This document shows, in pieces, positions 8,597 to 17,101 of a DNA stretch of 58,818 nt. The stretch covers positions 1-58,818 of the forward strand of contig CAYGAH010000026.1 in NCBI GenBank assembly GCA_964347685.1, read 5' to 3'. The notes below the pieces were generated by a model that had not been told where the DNA came from, did no database searches, and was given only the letters and a program-made list of their open reading frames with translations. The stretch is from an uncultured Candidatus Bathyarchaeia archaeon. GTDB lineage: Archaea > Thermoproteota > Bathyarchaeia > TCS64. Position 1 is the stretch's first letter, and each line of letters opens with the position of its first letter. A program made the translations under genes and the position numbers.

Positions 8597-10005
8597 AGGA
8601 GAACCTGGAGCTCGTCCAGTGCTGAGAGGACCCGCCTGCCCCGCTCGGTGATCTCGAGGTACCTCCTCTTTCCCTCAGAGCTCGACACGATGAGCCCCCT
8701 CTCCTCCAGGTCGGAGAGGTGCTGGTAGATGGCGCCGAGGGTCATCTCCTTCCCCAGGCTCTTCCAGAGGGCGTATCCGTAGGTCTTCCTCCTTCCGATC
8801 GCCCTTAGGATCCTCTCCTTGGTGGCCAGCCTGGATCCCAAGCCGGGGGACTTCCTCCTCTTGCTGAGGCTCTGGAGGATGTCATCGGTCTTGAGGCCGC
8901 TGCTCGTGATTAGACTCACAACCCTGTCGCTTCTGTCCACATTGCCAGACTCCACGAGCCCCCTCAGACACGCTACGGTGGCTGCGCTTGCGGCCTCGGC
9001 GAATATGCCCTCGGATCTAGCTATCTCCTTCTCCGACGCCACCATCTCCTCGTCCGTCAGGGAGACAGCTAGCCCCTTTGACTCCCTGAGGGCCCTGAGA
9101 GCGGCCTCCCCGTAGGTGGGCTCTGCCACTCTTATGGCAATGGCCTCGGTCTCTCCCCGCGTTACTTCGATCGGGGCCGTCTTCCCCTCCCTGAAGGCCT
9201 CTGATATGGGGGAGCATCCAGCGGCCTGGACCCCTATAAGGCGGGGCTTCTCTTCTACGAGGCCCATTTCCTCGAGCTCCCTGAAGCCCTTCCAGACGGA
9301 GTGGATGGTGACGCCGCTCCCCATGGCGACTACGACCCAGTCGGGCTCGGCCCGCTGCTCTGCGAACTCGTATGGGATGGTCTTCAATGCCTCCACGGAG
9401 AGGGGGTTCAGCTCCGTGGTCGCCTGGTACCATCCGAGTTCCTCAGAGAGGTTCACTGCCCTGGCTATGGCTTCCTCTATGGATTCCCCTGCCTCGTCCA
9501 CCTGGGCATCGTAGGCTATCATCTGGGCCAGTTTTCCTATATCCCCCGCCCTTGGTACTATTAGGTGGCAATTTATGTCCACCTTCGCGGAGTAGGCGGC
9601 CAGGGAGGCCCCGTGGTTCCCGTTTGTGGCGCAGACCACCGCGTCGAAGCCCTTGCTGTAGGCGTCGGATATTATTAGGGAGGCAGACCTGTCCTTGAAT
9701 GAGTTGGTGGGGTTCCGGGTCTCGTCCTTGAGCATGAGGCTGCTCAGCCCCAACGACTCGCCCAGCCTCCGGGCCTCGTGAATCGGGGTCCCCCCTTCGC
9801 CGAGGCTCACCCGCTTCGTCACCGATGGCATCACCGGCTCGTACCTCCAAAAATTGAATTCCCCTGAGAACTCCACTTCCCTCAGGTAGTCTTCGTCGAA
9901 GACATACTCCAGGATGCCACCGCAATCGACGCACCTATACCCGTCCTTTTCCTCCGGGGCCTCTGCGCCACACGAGGTGCACACCAGTCGATAACTGGGC
10001 TTCAT
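8593..10005 (-). CDS. Threonine synthase-type PLP enzyme with an N-terminal Zn ribbon and an extra C-terminal PadR-like winged-helix domain
   Basis: 470-aa ORF. Contains CTSCG...CVDCGG, the PLP-lysine motif NPTNSFKDRSAS and GNHGASLA. The last ~85 aa (KTYGYALWKSLGKEMTLGAIYQHLSDLEERGLIVSSSEGKRRYLEITERGRRVL) read as a PadR/ArsR-like wHTH. Confidence 0.75.
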   Translation of the reverse strand: MKPSYRLVCTSCGAEAPEEKDGYRCVDCGGILEYVFDEDYLREVEFSGEFNFWRYEPVMPSVTKRVSLGEGGTPIHEARRLGESLGLSSLMLKDETRNPTNSFKDRSASLIISDAYSKGFDAVVCATNGNHGASLAAYSAKVDINCHLIVPRAGDIGKLAQMIAYDAQVDEAGESIEEAIARAVNLSEELGWYQATTELNPLSVEALKTIPYEFAEQRAEPDWVVVAMGSGVTIHSVWKGFRELEEMGLVEEKPRLIGVQAAGCSPISEAFREGKTAPIEVTRGETEAIAIRVAEPTYGEAALRALRESKGLAVSLTDEEMVASEKEIARSEGIFAEAASAATVACLRGLVESGNVDRSDRVVSLITSSGLKTDDILQSLSKRRKSPGLGSRLATKERILRAIGRRKTYGYALWKSLGKEMTLGAIYQHLSDLEERGLIVSSSEGKRRYLEITERGRRVLSALDELQVLL

Positions 10006-10111
10006 CTCCCCCGATCGAATAATGGGGCGATCGGCGTTTAAGCATGCCTAGGAGCCGAATTCTTTTATGTGCCCCACCATCTACGTGCTTTGATCGCCGG
10101 AGAAGGGACGA

Positions 10112-10411
10112 ATGAGGAGTCTTGAAGAGCTCAGGCCAGGCATGGAGCACGTCGACCTCAGGGTCAGGCTGTTGAGGATAGGCGAGCCCAGGGAGGTCAC
10201 CACCTACAGCGGCCTAGAGCACACCCTCGTCGAGGGGGAGGTGGGGGACGAGTCCGGCAGGATGGGCATAACAGTATGGAACGAGAAGATAAGTGAGCTC
10301 GAAGGGCTTGAGGTCGGGGACGATTTAGAGCTGATGGACTGCTTCATAACATCCTACAAGGGGGTGCTCAACGTGAACATCGGCAGGGACTCCCAGATAA
10401 TAAGACAATAG
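10112..10411 (+). CDS. Small OB-fold nucleic-acid-binding protein (SSB/RPA-like single OB domain)
   Basis: 99-aa ORF. VDLRVRLLRIGEPREVTTYSGLEHTLVEGEVGDESGRMGITVWNE is a typical OB-fold pattern. Confidence 0.55.
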   Translation: MRSLEELRPGMEHVDLRVRLLRIGEPREVTTYSGLEHTLVEGEVGDESGRMGITVWNEKISELEGLEVGDDLELMDCFITSYKGVLNVNIGRDSQIIRQ

Positions 10412-10426
10412 GTTTGTGCTCTTGGC

Positions 10427-10999
10427 ATGGACGAGAAACCAATAGAAGCCATAAGGGAGGAGGCCAAGAAACGTCTGCCGCCCCACGGCACCCACGGATT
10501 CGAGCACACGGAGCGGGTGTTCGAAATATGTAAGCATATTGGGGGCCTCGTCGGTGCTGACCCCTCGGTCCTGCTCCCGGCGGCCCTCCTCCACGACCTC
10601 GGGAGGGGCGAGGAGGATCACGCGGCGGTCGGCGCGATGGAGGCGAAGGAAGTCCTCGCCGGGATCGGCTTACCCGAAGAAAAGATACGGGCCGTGGTCG
10701 GGGCCATATCAACGCACAGCTTCTCTTTTGGGGGGGAGCCCGCCTCCCTCGAGGCAATGGTGCTCTCGGACGCAGACAAACTCGACGCCATGGGCGCCCT
10801 GGGGGTCTACAGGGCCGCCATGTACAGTGAGGAGCACCTCAGAACCCTCGGGGACTTCGTGGACCACTTCCACGAGAAGCTCCTAAAGCTCAGAGACATG
10901 CTCCACACCGACGAGGCTAGAAGATTGGCCGAAAGACGGCATCGCTTCATGCTGGAGTTTCTGGAGGAGCTGAGGAGGGAAAAGGAGCTAGAAGGTTAA
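10427..10999 (+). CDS. HD-domain metal-dependent phosphohydrolase
   Basis: 190-aa ORF with HGFEHTERV ... LLHDLGR ... SDADKLDAMG (H..HD..D). Confidence 0.8.
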   Translation: MDEKPIEAIREEAKKRLPPHGTHGFEHTERVFEICKHIGGLVGADPSVLLPAALLHDLGRGEEDHAAVGAMEAKEVLAGIGLPEEKIRAVVGAISTHSFSFGGEPASLEAMVLSDADKLDAMGALGVYRAAMYSEEHLRTLGDFVDHFHEKLLKLRDMLHTDEARRLAERRHRFMLEFLEELRREKELEG

Positions 11000-11566
11000 G
11001 CCTGGACCCTTCTCCCCCCATCGAAGGAAGAGGCTGTGGTCTACCCCCAGCTGGTCCAAGACCTTGCCGACCACGAAGTTCACTAGGTCGTCGACCGTCT
11101 TGGGCTCGTGGTAGAAGCCGGGCATGGCGGGAAGCACAGTGGCCCCTAGGCGGCTTAACCTAGCCATGTTCTCTAGGTGGATGGCGTGGAGGGGGGTCTC
11201 CCTGGGCACGAGTATGAGGGGCCTCCCCTCCTTGAGCTGGACGTCGGCGGCCCTCGTTATGAGGTTGTCGCAGTATCCGGATGCGAGAGCAGCGATGGTC
11301 TTCATCGAGGCGGGGGCTATCACCATGCCGTCGACCTTGAAGGACCCGCTCGATATGGGTGCAGCTAGGTCCCCGGGCTCGTAGACGCGGTAGGCGAGTT
11401 CCTCCAAGGACTGGGTGCCGCCTATCTCGCTCTCGGCGACGACCTCCGCCGAGTCGCTCACTATAAGGTGGGTCTCTACCTTCTTGTCCTTGAGGACCTC
11501 CAGGAGCCTCTTGCCGTAGATGATGCCGCTGGCACCAGTCATGGCCACTATGAGCCTCAAAACCAC
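10988..11566 (-). CDS. ubiX: Flavin prenyltransferase UbiX
   Basis: 192-aa ORF with RLIVAMTGASGIIYGKRLLEVL ... VIAPASMKTIAALASGYCDNLITRAADV, the characteristic UbiX/Pad1 flavoprotein pattern. Confidence 0.85.
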   Translation of the reverse strand: MVLRLIVAMTGASGIIYGKRLLEVLKDKKVETHLIVSDSAEVVAESEIGGTQSLEELAYRVYEPGDLAAPISSGSFKVDGMVIAPASMKTIAALASGYCDNLITRAADVQLKEGRPLILVPRETPLHAIHLENMARLSRLGATVLPAMPGFYHEPKTVDDLVNFVVGKVLDQLGVDHSLFLRWGEKGPGLTF

Positions 11567-11647
11567 ACCTCTGGAAGTTACCTTTGTTGTCGGCTGCTTA
11601 AAACTTGCTAATGAAGCCCTTGAGCCCTTACGATGTCGGCTGGTGGC

Positions 11648-11941
11648 TCAGTTTTCCTCTTCTTCCTCTTCGGTGGACTCGTCACGCCTCTTTGGTTGGG
11701 GGGGCTGCGCCGGGTCTAGGCAGATGTATAGGATGTTGTTCCCCCTTATGAAGACGTCCCCGTAGCTGGCGACTAGGCCGTTATCGTCGTACTCCTTTGC
11801 GCCCTGGAGCATCAGGTTCATGTATCCGTCGGCCCTTGTCATCCTTCCCCAATACTCGCCCCTTCCCTTGAGATTCACTGTCACCATGTTTCCCACGCTC
11901 TTTATGAGGACGTTGAGTGGTTTCTTTCTAGGCTCCAACAC
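11648..11941 (-). CDS. Sm-like (LSm/SmAP) RNA-binding protein with an acidic C-terminal tail
   Basis: 97-aa ORF with Sm1 (VTVNLKGRGEYWGRMTRADGYMNLML) and Sm2 (VFIRGNNILYI) motifs. The tail ends STEEEEEEN. Confidence 0.85.
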   Translation of the reverse strand: MLEPRKKPLNVLIKSVGNMVTVNLKGRGEYWGRMTRADGYMNLMLQGAKEYDDNGLVASYGDVFIRGNNILYICLDPAQPPQPKRRDESTEEEEEEN

Positions 11942-12022
11942 AATACACCGTTTTAAGATTCAGATATACACCCTCAACCGTCTATATAAAAGGTTTCTGA
12001 AATACTGATTCAAACACCTATG

Positions 12023-12580
12023 TCAAGCATCGACAAAAGCGATCCAGTCGTTTACTTCTTTTTCGTCGAGGAATTTGCTGATCTTCAATCCTTCATTATA
12101 TACGAGATGTCTAAATTCCCCGACATCAAATGCCTTTTTTAGGGTCGTTATCACAATTTCAGAGCCCCTTTTACCCACCCTTCTCATCTCCTTCAGGGCT
12201 TCTCCCGGTTTCGGGGTGTTCTGGATCAGGGTAACCGCGAAAATTATGTCGAATGTCTGACCCCTGAAGGGGAGGGTCTCGGAGTCTCCCTGGACCATAT
12301 GTAAGAGAGGGCTCGCCCCCAGTCTAGAACGAGCCGCCTCAAGGAGACTCTCGGATAGATCTAGCCCGACGCAGCAGGTCTCCAGACGCTCCATGAGGAG
12401 CCCGGTCCCGCAGCCGTCGTCTAGGACGACCTTTGGCGGGGACGGATCTAAGTGCTTCAGGATCAGCCTGTACTTCGCCATCTGCTCCTCCCCGTACCTC
12501 AGGTCATAGACCCTGCCTCCCAGTGCGTCGTATTCTTCCTTCACCTTTCTCTTATCGGAGGAGGACATCGTTCTTACCAT
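12023..12580 (-). CDS. Class I SAM-dependent methyltransferase
   Basis: Motif I VLDDGCGTGLL and a downstream acidic loop. The start is uncertain: the track ORF extends to 12649, and internal Met codons lie at 12601, 12580 and 12568. Confidence 0.75.
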   Translation of the reverse strand: MVRTMSSSDKRKVKEEYDALGGRVYDLRYGEEQMAKYRLILKHLDPSPPKVVLDDGCGTGLLMERLETCCVGLDLSESLLEAARSRLGASPLLHMVQGDSETLPFRGQTFDIIFAVTLIQNTPKPGEALKEMRRVGKRGSEIVITTLKKAFDVGEFRHLVYNEGLKISKFLDEKEVNDWIAFVDA

Positions 12581-12872
12581 GCTGAGCCCCACGATATGCA
12601 TTTTTCGTCCCCGCCAAACGGTTATAGACTTCGAGAACCATATGGGCAATAACTCCGTCCATAATTTTGAAGGTTAATTTCTTAAAGGTGTAATGGGGAC
12701 CACCTTAAAAATTGCATTAACCCTGTAAAAATTGGCTTGAAAAATTTGAACTTTTAACCATTCATGCTCCCCAAACTGGGATGCTTTTATATTCCTCGAA
12801 AAGGAAGGGACAGGAATAGCATCCATGTCTGTGAGGAGCACATCTAAGCCTCTTCCAATGGGTTTCCAGGCA

Positions 12873-12900
12873 TTTTTGTCTCAAAATTTCAAGACAAAAG
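12873..12900. repeat. Palindromic element copy a (TTTTGTCT-CAAAATTTCA-AGACAAAA)
   Basis: Perfect 8-bp arms. Shares the exact 16-mer TTTTGTCTCAAAATTT (12874-12889) with 23061-23076. Confidence 0.6.
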
Positions 12901-12936
12901 AGGGTCTATAGACGTTTCGGTATGGCGGCAAACAAA

Positions 12937-12944
12937 TTTTATTA
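12937..12944 (+). promoter_or_regulatory. Candidate TATA box (TTTTATTA) for a leaderless ilvD transcript
   Basis: AT-rich octamer about 24 nt upstream of the ATG at 12968, which is the typical archaeal TATA-to-start spacing. Confidence 0.3.
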
Positions 12945-12967
12945 CGATGGGGCCTCTCCAATTGTTC

Positions 12968-14659
12968 ATGGATTCCGTTATCCGGCGCAGAAGCTCGAAG
13001 GTGTACGACGGGGACGACCGTTTGAGCCAGAGGACGTTGATGAAGGGCGTGGGTCTCACGGATGAAGACCTGGGGAAGCCCCTGATCGCCGTCGCCAACT
13101 CTTGGAACGAGGTGAACCCCGGCCACATCCACCTAGACAAACTTGCGGAGCGCGTCAAGCGCGGCGTCCTCCAGGCCGGGGGCAACCCCCTGGAGTTCGA
13201 CACCGTAGCCGTCTGCGACGGGATAGTTATGGGGCACGATGGGATGAGGATGAGCCTCCCAAGCAGGGAGATCGTGGCCGACTCGATCGAGGTCATGGTT
13301 GAGTCCCACGGATTCGACGCCATGGTCTGTGTCACCACATGCGACAAGATAGACCCCGGCATGCTCATGGCCGCCGCAAGGCTGGACATCCCCACAATAT
13401 TCTGCCTAGGCGGACCCATGGAGCCCGGATGCCCCACCCGGGGAAGGTTCGAGGGCAGAAGCATAACGGTCCAAGACATCTTCGAGGCGACCAGCCTACT
13501 GAAGGCCGGAGAGATGAGCCGGGAGGAGGCGAAGTACCTTGAGAACGTCTGCTGCGCAGGGCCCGGGGCGTGCGGGGGCATGTTCACCGCCAACACTATG
13601 CAGTGCCTCATCGAGGCAATAGGGATGACCCTCCCCTACATGGCCACGGCCCCCTCGACCGGCTCCGAGAGGGCGAGGCTGGCCACCGAGGCGGGCAGAA
13701 AGGTCATGACGCTCCTCAGGAAGGGCATCACTCCAAGAAAGATAATGAGCAAGCAGGCCTTCAGTAACTCGATAACGACGGACATGGCCCTAGGGGGCTC
13801 TACGAACACGGTCCTACACCTCATGGCCGTCGCCCAGGAGCTCGGATACGATCTAGATCTAGACCTGTTCGATGAGGTAGGCCGGAGAACCCCCCACATC
13901 TGCAACATGGCCTCGGCGGGTCCCTGGAAGATCGCAGACCTCCACAGGGCCGGGGGCATCCCAGCCGTGATGAGGCGCCTGGGGGACCTGATAGATACAA
14001 GCGTCATAACAGCCACGGGGGTGAGCCTGGGTGAGAACATAGCCGACGCCAGGATATCGGACGATGAGGTGATCAGGCCCCTGACCGACCCCGTACACAG
14101 GGAGGGGGGCATCGCCATCCTCAGGGGTAGCCTCGCACCGGATGGGGCGGTCGCGAAGATCGCGGCAATAAGCCCCAGGATGTGGAGGTTCAGGGGCACC
14201 GCTAGGGTCTTCGACAGGGAGGAGGACGCAGTTGAGGCTATACATGTAGGATCCATAAAGGCAGGGGACGTCCTAGTCATCCGTTACGAGGGCCCTAGGG
14301 GCGGGCCGGGTATGAGGGAGATGCTCGTAGCGACCAGCGCTGTGGTCGGCCGTGGGCTTGGCGAGGAGGTGGCACTAATAACCGACGGGAGGTTCTCTGG
14401 TGCGAGCAGGGGGCCTTGCATCGGGCACATATCCCCAGAGGCGGCCGCCGGAGGGCCCATAGCCCTGGTGGAGGAGGGGGACGAGATAAGCATAGACATC
14501 CCCAGCCGTAGGATAGACCTAAGAGTCTCCGGAGAAGAAATGGAGAATAGGAGGGAAAGATGGAGTCCTCCCGAGCCCAAGGTCACAAAGGGCTACCTAG
14601 CCCGGTACGCGGCGCTCGTCACCTCCGCTGACAGGGGCGCCGTCCTGCGAGCCGGGTAG
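12968..14659 (+). CDS. ilvD: Dihydroxy-acid dehydratase
   Basis: 563 aa from [15 protein letters not shown]. Conserved IlvD blocks: [48 protein letters not shown]. The track ORF starts 21 nt earlier at 12947. Confidence 0.92.
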   Translation: MDSVIRRRSSKVYDGDDRLSQRTLMKGVGLTDEDLGKPLIAVANSWNEVNPGHIHLDKLAERVKRGVLQAGGNPLEFDTVAVCDGIVMGHDGMRMSLPSREIVADSIEVMVESHGFDAMVCVTTCDKIDPGMLMAAARLDIPTIFCLGGPMEPGCPTRGRFEGRSITVQDIFEATSLLKAGEMSREEAKYLENVCCAGPGACGGMFTANTMQCLIEAIGMTLPYMATAPSTGSERARLATEAGRKVMTLLRKGITPRKIMSKQAFSNSITTDMALGGSTNTVLHLMAVAQELGYDLDLDLFDEVGRRTPHICNMASAGPWKIADLHRAGGIPAVMRRLGDLIDTSVITATGVSLGENIADARISDDEVIRPLTDPVHREGGIAILRGSLAPDGAVAKIAAISPRMWRFRGTARVFDREEDAVEAIHVGSIKAGDVLVIRYEGPRGGPGMREMLVATSAVVGRGLGEEVALITDGRFSGASRGPCIGHISPEAAAGGPIALVEEGDEISIDIPSRRIDLRVSGEEMENRRERWSPPEPKVTKGYLARYAALVTSADRGAVLRAG

Positions 14660-14663
14660 GGGT

Positions 14664-16178
14664 TCAGCCCTCTTCCCTTATCCTCTTCTTTAGGGCTTCC
14701 ACATCATATAGTGGAGTCACTTTCTCCTCTTCTAGGGGATTGGCGAACTTCTTCTCCACTTCCTGCCTGTGGATGCTGTTCATGGTGCAGAAGGGGATTA
14801 TTCTCCCGTCGGGCGTTGCGTAGTGGATGACGCATCTCTGGACCCGCTCGAGGTCGTAGTTGTAGGGATCCATGAAATGCATCGAGCCGATCATTATCAT
14901 CCTGTGGTGGAGGTCGCTAAGGCTGACGTAGTCGCCTCGAGTTACTACGGGTAGAAGGTACCTGCGGAACATGCCGAAGTCCACGTTCTGGAGGCCCCCC
15001 GCCAACACAGACATCTTGGCCCTGGTTCTTTTTCCCTCGTCCAACTTCTTGGAAGCAGACTTTATCGAGTCCAGGAAGCTCTCGATGTCTAGGTAGTCGG
15101 TTATAGGGGCGGCCTTCCCCCCTTCGATGATGAGGTATGTCGCCATTCCGCAGTGCTGGTGGGCGCTGAAGTCTACGAACCTCTGGTTCTGCAGCTTTCC
15201 GACGAAGTCGGCGAATGTGGATGCTGTGGGGACGGGGTACCAGTCGTTCTGCTTTATGAGGCCGTCGGTCTGCTCCTCCGCCAGCCTCATGAGGTCGGGG
15301 ATGGTTATGCGCATGGTCTCCCTCTCCTTCTTGTTTATGCGGCCAGTGATGGAGACGGGCTGGAAGTTGACGCATCTGATCAAGTCGCTGTTGTCGATGG
15401 CGAAGCGAACGATGTCTCCGACCTGGTCGTCGTTGATCCCTCGAACCAGGACGGGCACTAGGACAACGCTCCCAAAGCCGGCCTCCTTGAGGTTGGCCAG
15501 AGCCTTCTTCTTGATGTCAAGGAGGTCGAAGCCCCTGGCCACTAGGTAGGGCTTTGGGGTGACGCCGTCGAACTGCAGGTAGATGGTACTCACCCCCGCT
15601 TCCTTCAGGGTCCTGCAGTATTCCACGCTCTCCGCCAGCTTTATTCCGTTTGTGTTGACCTCCAGGTGGACGAACCCCATCTCCTTGGCCATCCTCACGA
15701 TCTCTGGTAGGTCGTCCCTCACCGTCGGCTCCCCGCCGCTCAGCTGGATGGCCGGGGGCGATATAGGGCTGTTGGCTCTGAGGTTGGCCAGCATGCCCCT
15801 TATCTGCTCCATAGTTGGGTCGTAGATGTAGCCCGCGGCGCCTGCGTGGGCGAAGCAGATGGGACACCTCAAGTTACACCTGTTCGTGATGTCGATGATC
15901 GCCAAGACGGTCGAGGACTTGTGCTCCGGGCAGATGCCGCAGTCGTAGGGGCACCCCTTGTCGACCTTCGTCCTCGGGTTGTCGAGCTTTGTGCCCAGGT
16001 GTTCGTATTCCTGGGCCCTCATGTACTGGTCGTAGTCTCCCCAGTACAGGTCCGTGTAGGTGCCGTGCTCTATGCAGGTTTTACTCATGTAGACCTTGCC
16101 GTCCTCCTCGTAGATTACCGCGGAGATAACCTGCAGGCACTCAGGGCATATACTCTCCGTCTTCTTGATCTCTTTCAT
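14664..16178 (-). CDS. Radical SAM protein with an N-terminal Zn ribbon. Resembles the MJ0619 / tetraether lipid synthase (Tes, GDGT-MAS) family.
   Basis: 504-aa ORF with CPECLQ...CIEHG, the radical SAM motif NRCNLRCPICFA and the SAM-binding QLSGGEPT. Length and architecture match the Tes/MJ0619 group. Family assignment is by eye. Confidence 0.55.
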   Translation of the reverse strand: MKEIKKTESICPECLQVISAVIYEEDGKVYMSKTCIEHGTYTDLYWGDYDQYMRAQEYEHLGTKLDNPRTKVDKGCPYDCGICPEHKSSTVLAIIDITNRCNLRCPICFAHAGAAGYIYDPTMEQIRGMLANLRANSPISPPAIQLSGGEPTVRDDLPEIVRMAKEMGFVHLEVNTNGIKLAESVEYCRTLKEAGVSTIYLQFDGVTPKPYLVARGFDLLDIKKKALANLKEAGFGSVVLVPVLVRGINDDQVGDIVRFAIDNSDLIRCVNFQPVSITGRINKKERETMRITIPDLMRLAEEQTDGLIKQNDWYPVPTASTFADFVGKLQNQRFVDFSAHQHCGMATYLIIEGGKAAPITDYLDIESFLDSIKSASKKLDEGKRTRAKMSVLAGGLQNVDFGMFRRYLLPVVTRGDYVSLSDLHHRMIMIGSMHFMDPYNYDLERVQRCVIHYATPDGRIIPFCTMNSIHRQEVEKKFANPLEEEKVTPLYDVEALKKRIREEG

Positions 16179-16237
16179 TTCCTCAAACCCTGTGGTCGCT
16201 TTCCAGAAAGAGTAAAACTATTTTAACCTTCTCTGGC

Positions 16238-16263
16238 ATTTCACCTTCTGTTTGGTGTGAAAT
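16238..16263. promoter_or_regulatory. Inverted repeat ATTTCAC-N12-GTGAAAT in the radical-SAM / trmB divergent region
   Basis: Perfect 7-bp arms, 62-87 bp upstream of the trmB-like ATG at 16325. Confidence 0.35.
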
Positions 16264-16324
16264 ATTTTGTAACCGCCGATAGAGGTAAATGTGTGACCGC
16301 GTATGTAGTTTCGGGTGTTCGCTC

Positions 16325-17101
16325 ATGGCTAAACCTTTGGTGAGTGCCAGGGCTGAGAAAGCTCTCAGGGACATAAGGCTCACCGAGTATGAGAGTATGG
16401 CCTACCTAGCCCTGGTGAGGGCGGGTGAACTCACAGCGGGCCAGATAAGCGAGAACACCACGATACCCTACTCGAAGGTCTACAGCGTCCTAGACAGTCT
16501 AGACAAGAAGGGTTGGATAGAGGTGAAGGGAGGGCGCCCCCGCCAATATTACCCTAAGTCCCCCGTAGAGGCGCTCAGGGCGGAGAGGCTGAGGATGGAG
16601 AACCTCTTCGACGGGTACAGGGAGATCATAATTGGGGAGCTTCAGCCCCTCTACGAGAGGAGGGAGATCAAGGAGAAGCCGGAGATCTGGATCATCCGGG
16701 GCCAGGAGAACATCGGGTCAAAGATGAGGGAGGCCCTCAACGACGTTAAGAGGGAGCTCCTCGTGGCCCTCCCTGAGATAGACCCCCAGCGCTTCGAGGC
16801 GATCTTCCCGTCCCTAGAGCAGATGCGGGACAAGAAGATAAGGATCAACCTCCTGACGACGGAGGAGGCCGTCAGCTCTATGAAGAGCTACCTGGTCCAC
16901 ATGGCCGAGGTGAGGGTGAGGGAGGAGATGTTCGGAGGAGGCCTCGTCGTCGACGGGCAGGAGACCTTCCTCTTCCTCAGCGAGGGAGACTCTGAGAAAA
17001 AATATCTTGCGATCTGGTCCGACCACATCGGCCTCACGATGGTATCCAGGGGCTACTTCGAGTACCTCTGGAACACGGCAAAGCCCTACAGCCCCAACTA
17101 G
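16325..17101 (+). CDS. TrmB-family transcriptional regulator
   Basis: 258 aa from MAKPLVSARAEKALRDIRLTEYESMAYLALVRAGELTAGQISENTTIPYSKVYSVLDSLDKKGWIE (TrmB wHTH), followed by a C-terminal effector-type domain. Confidence 0.8.
   Translation: MAKPLVSARAEKALRDIRLTEYESMAYLALVRAGELTAGQISENTTIPYSKVYSVLDSLDKKGWIEVKGGRPRQYYPKSPVEALRAERLRMENLFDGYREIIIGELQPLYERREIKEKPEIWIIRGQENIGSKMREALNDVKRELLVALPEIDPQRFEAIFPSLEQMRDKKIRINLLTTEEAVSSMKSYLVHMAEVRVREEMFGGGLVVDGQETFLFLSEGDSEKKYLAIWSDHIGLTMVSRGYFEYLWNTAKPYSPN

Noticed and set aside
12825-12911. A 28-codon ATG-initiated mini-ORF ([28 protein letters not shown]) upstream of ilvD. I considered it as a branched-chain amino-acid attenuation leader peptide.
   Set aside because: It has no run of Ile/Val/Leu codons, and attenuation of this type is not established in archaea. 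The region is better explained by the palindromic element it overlaps.
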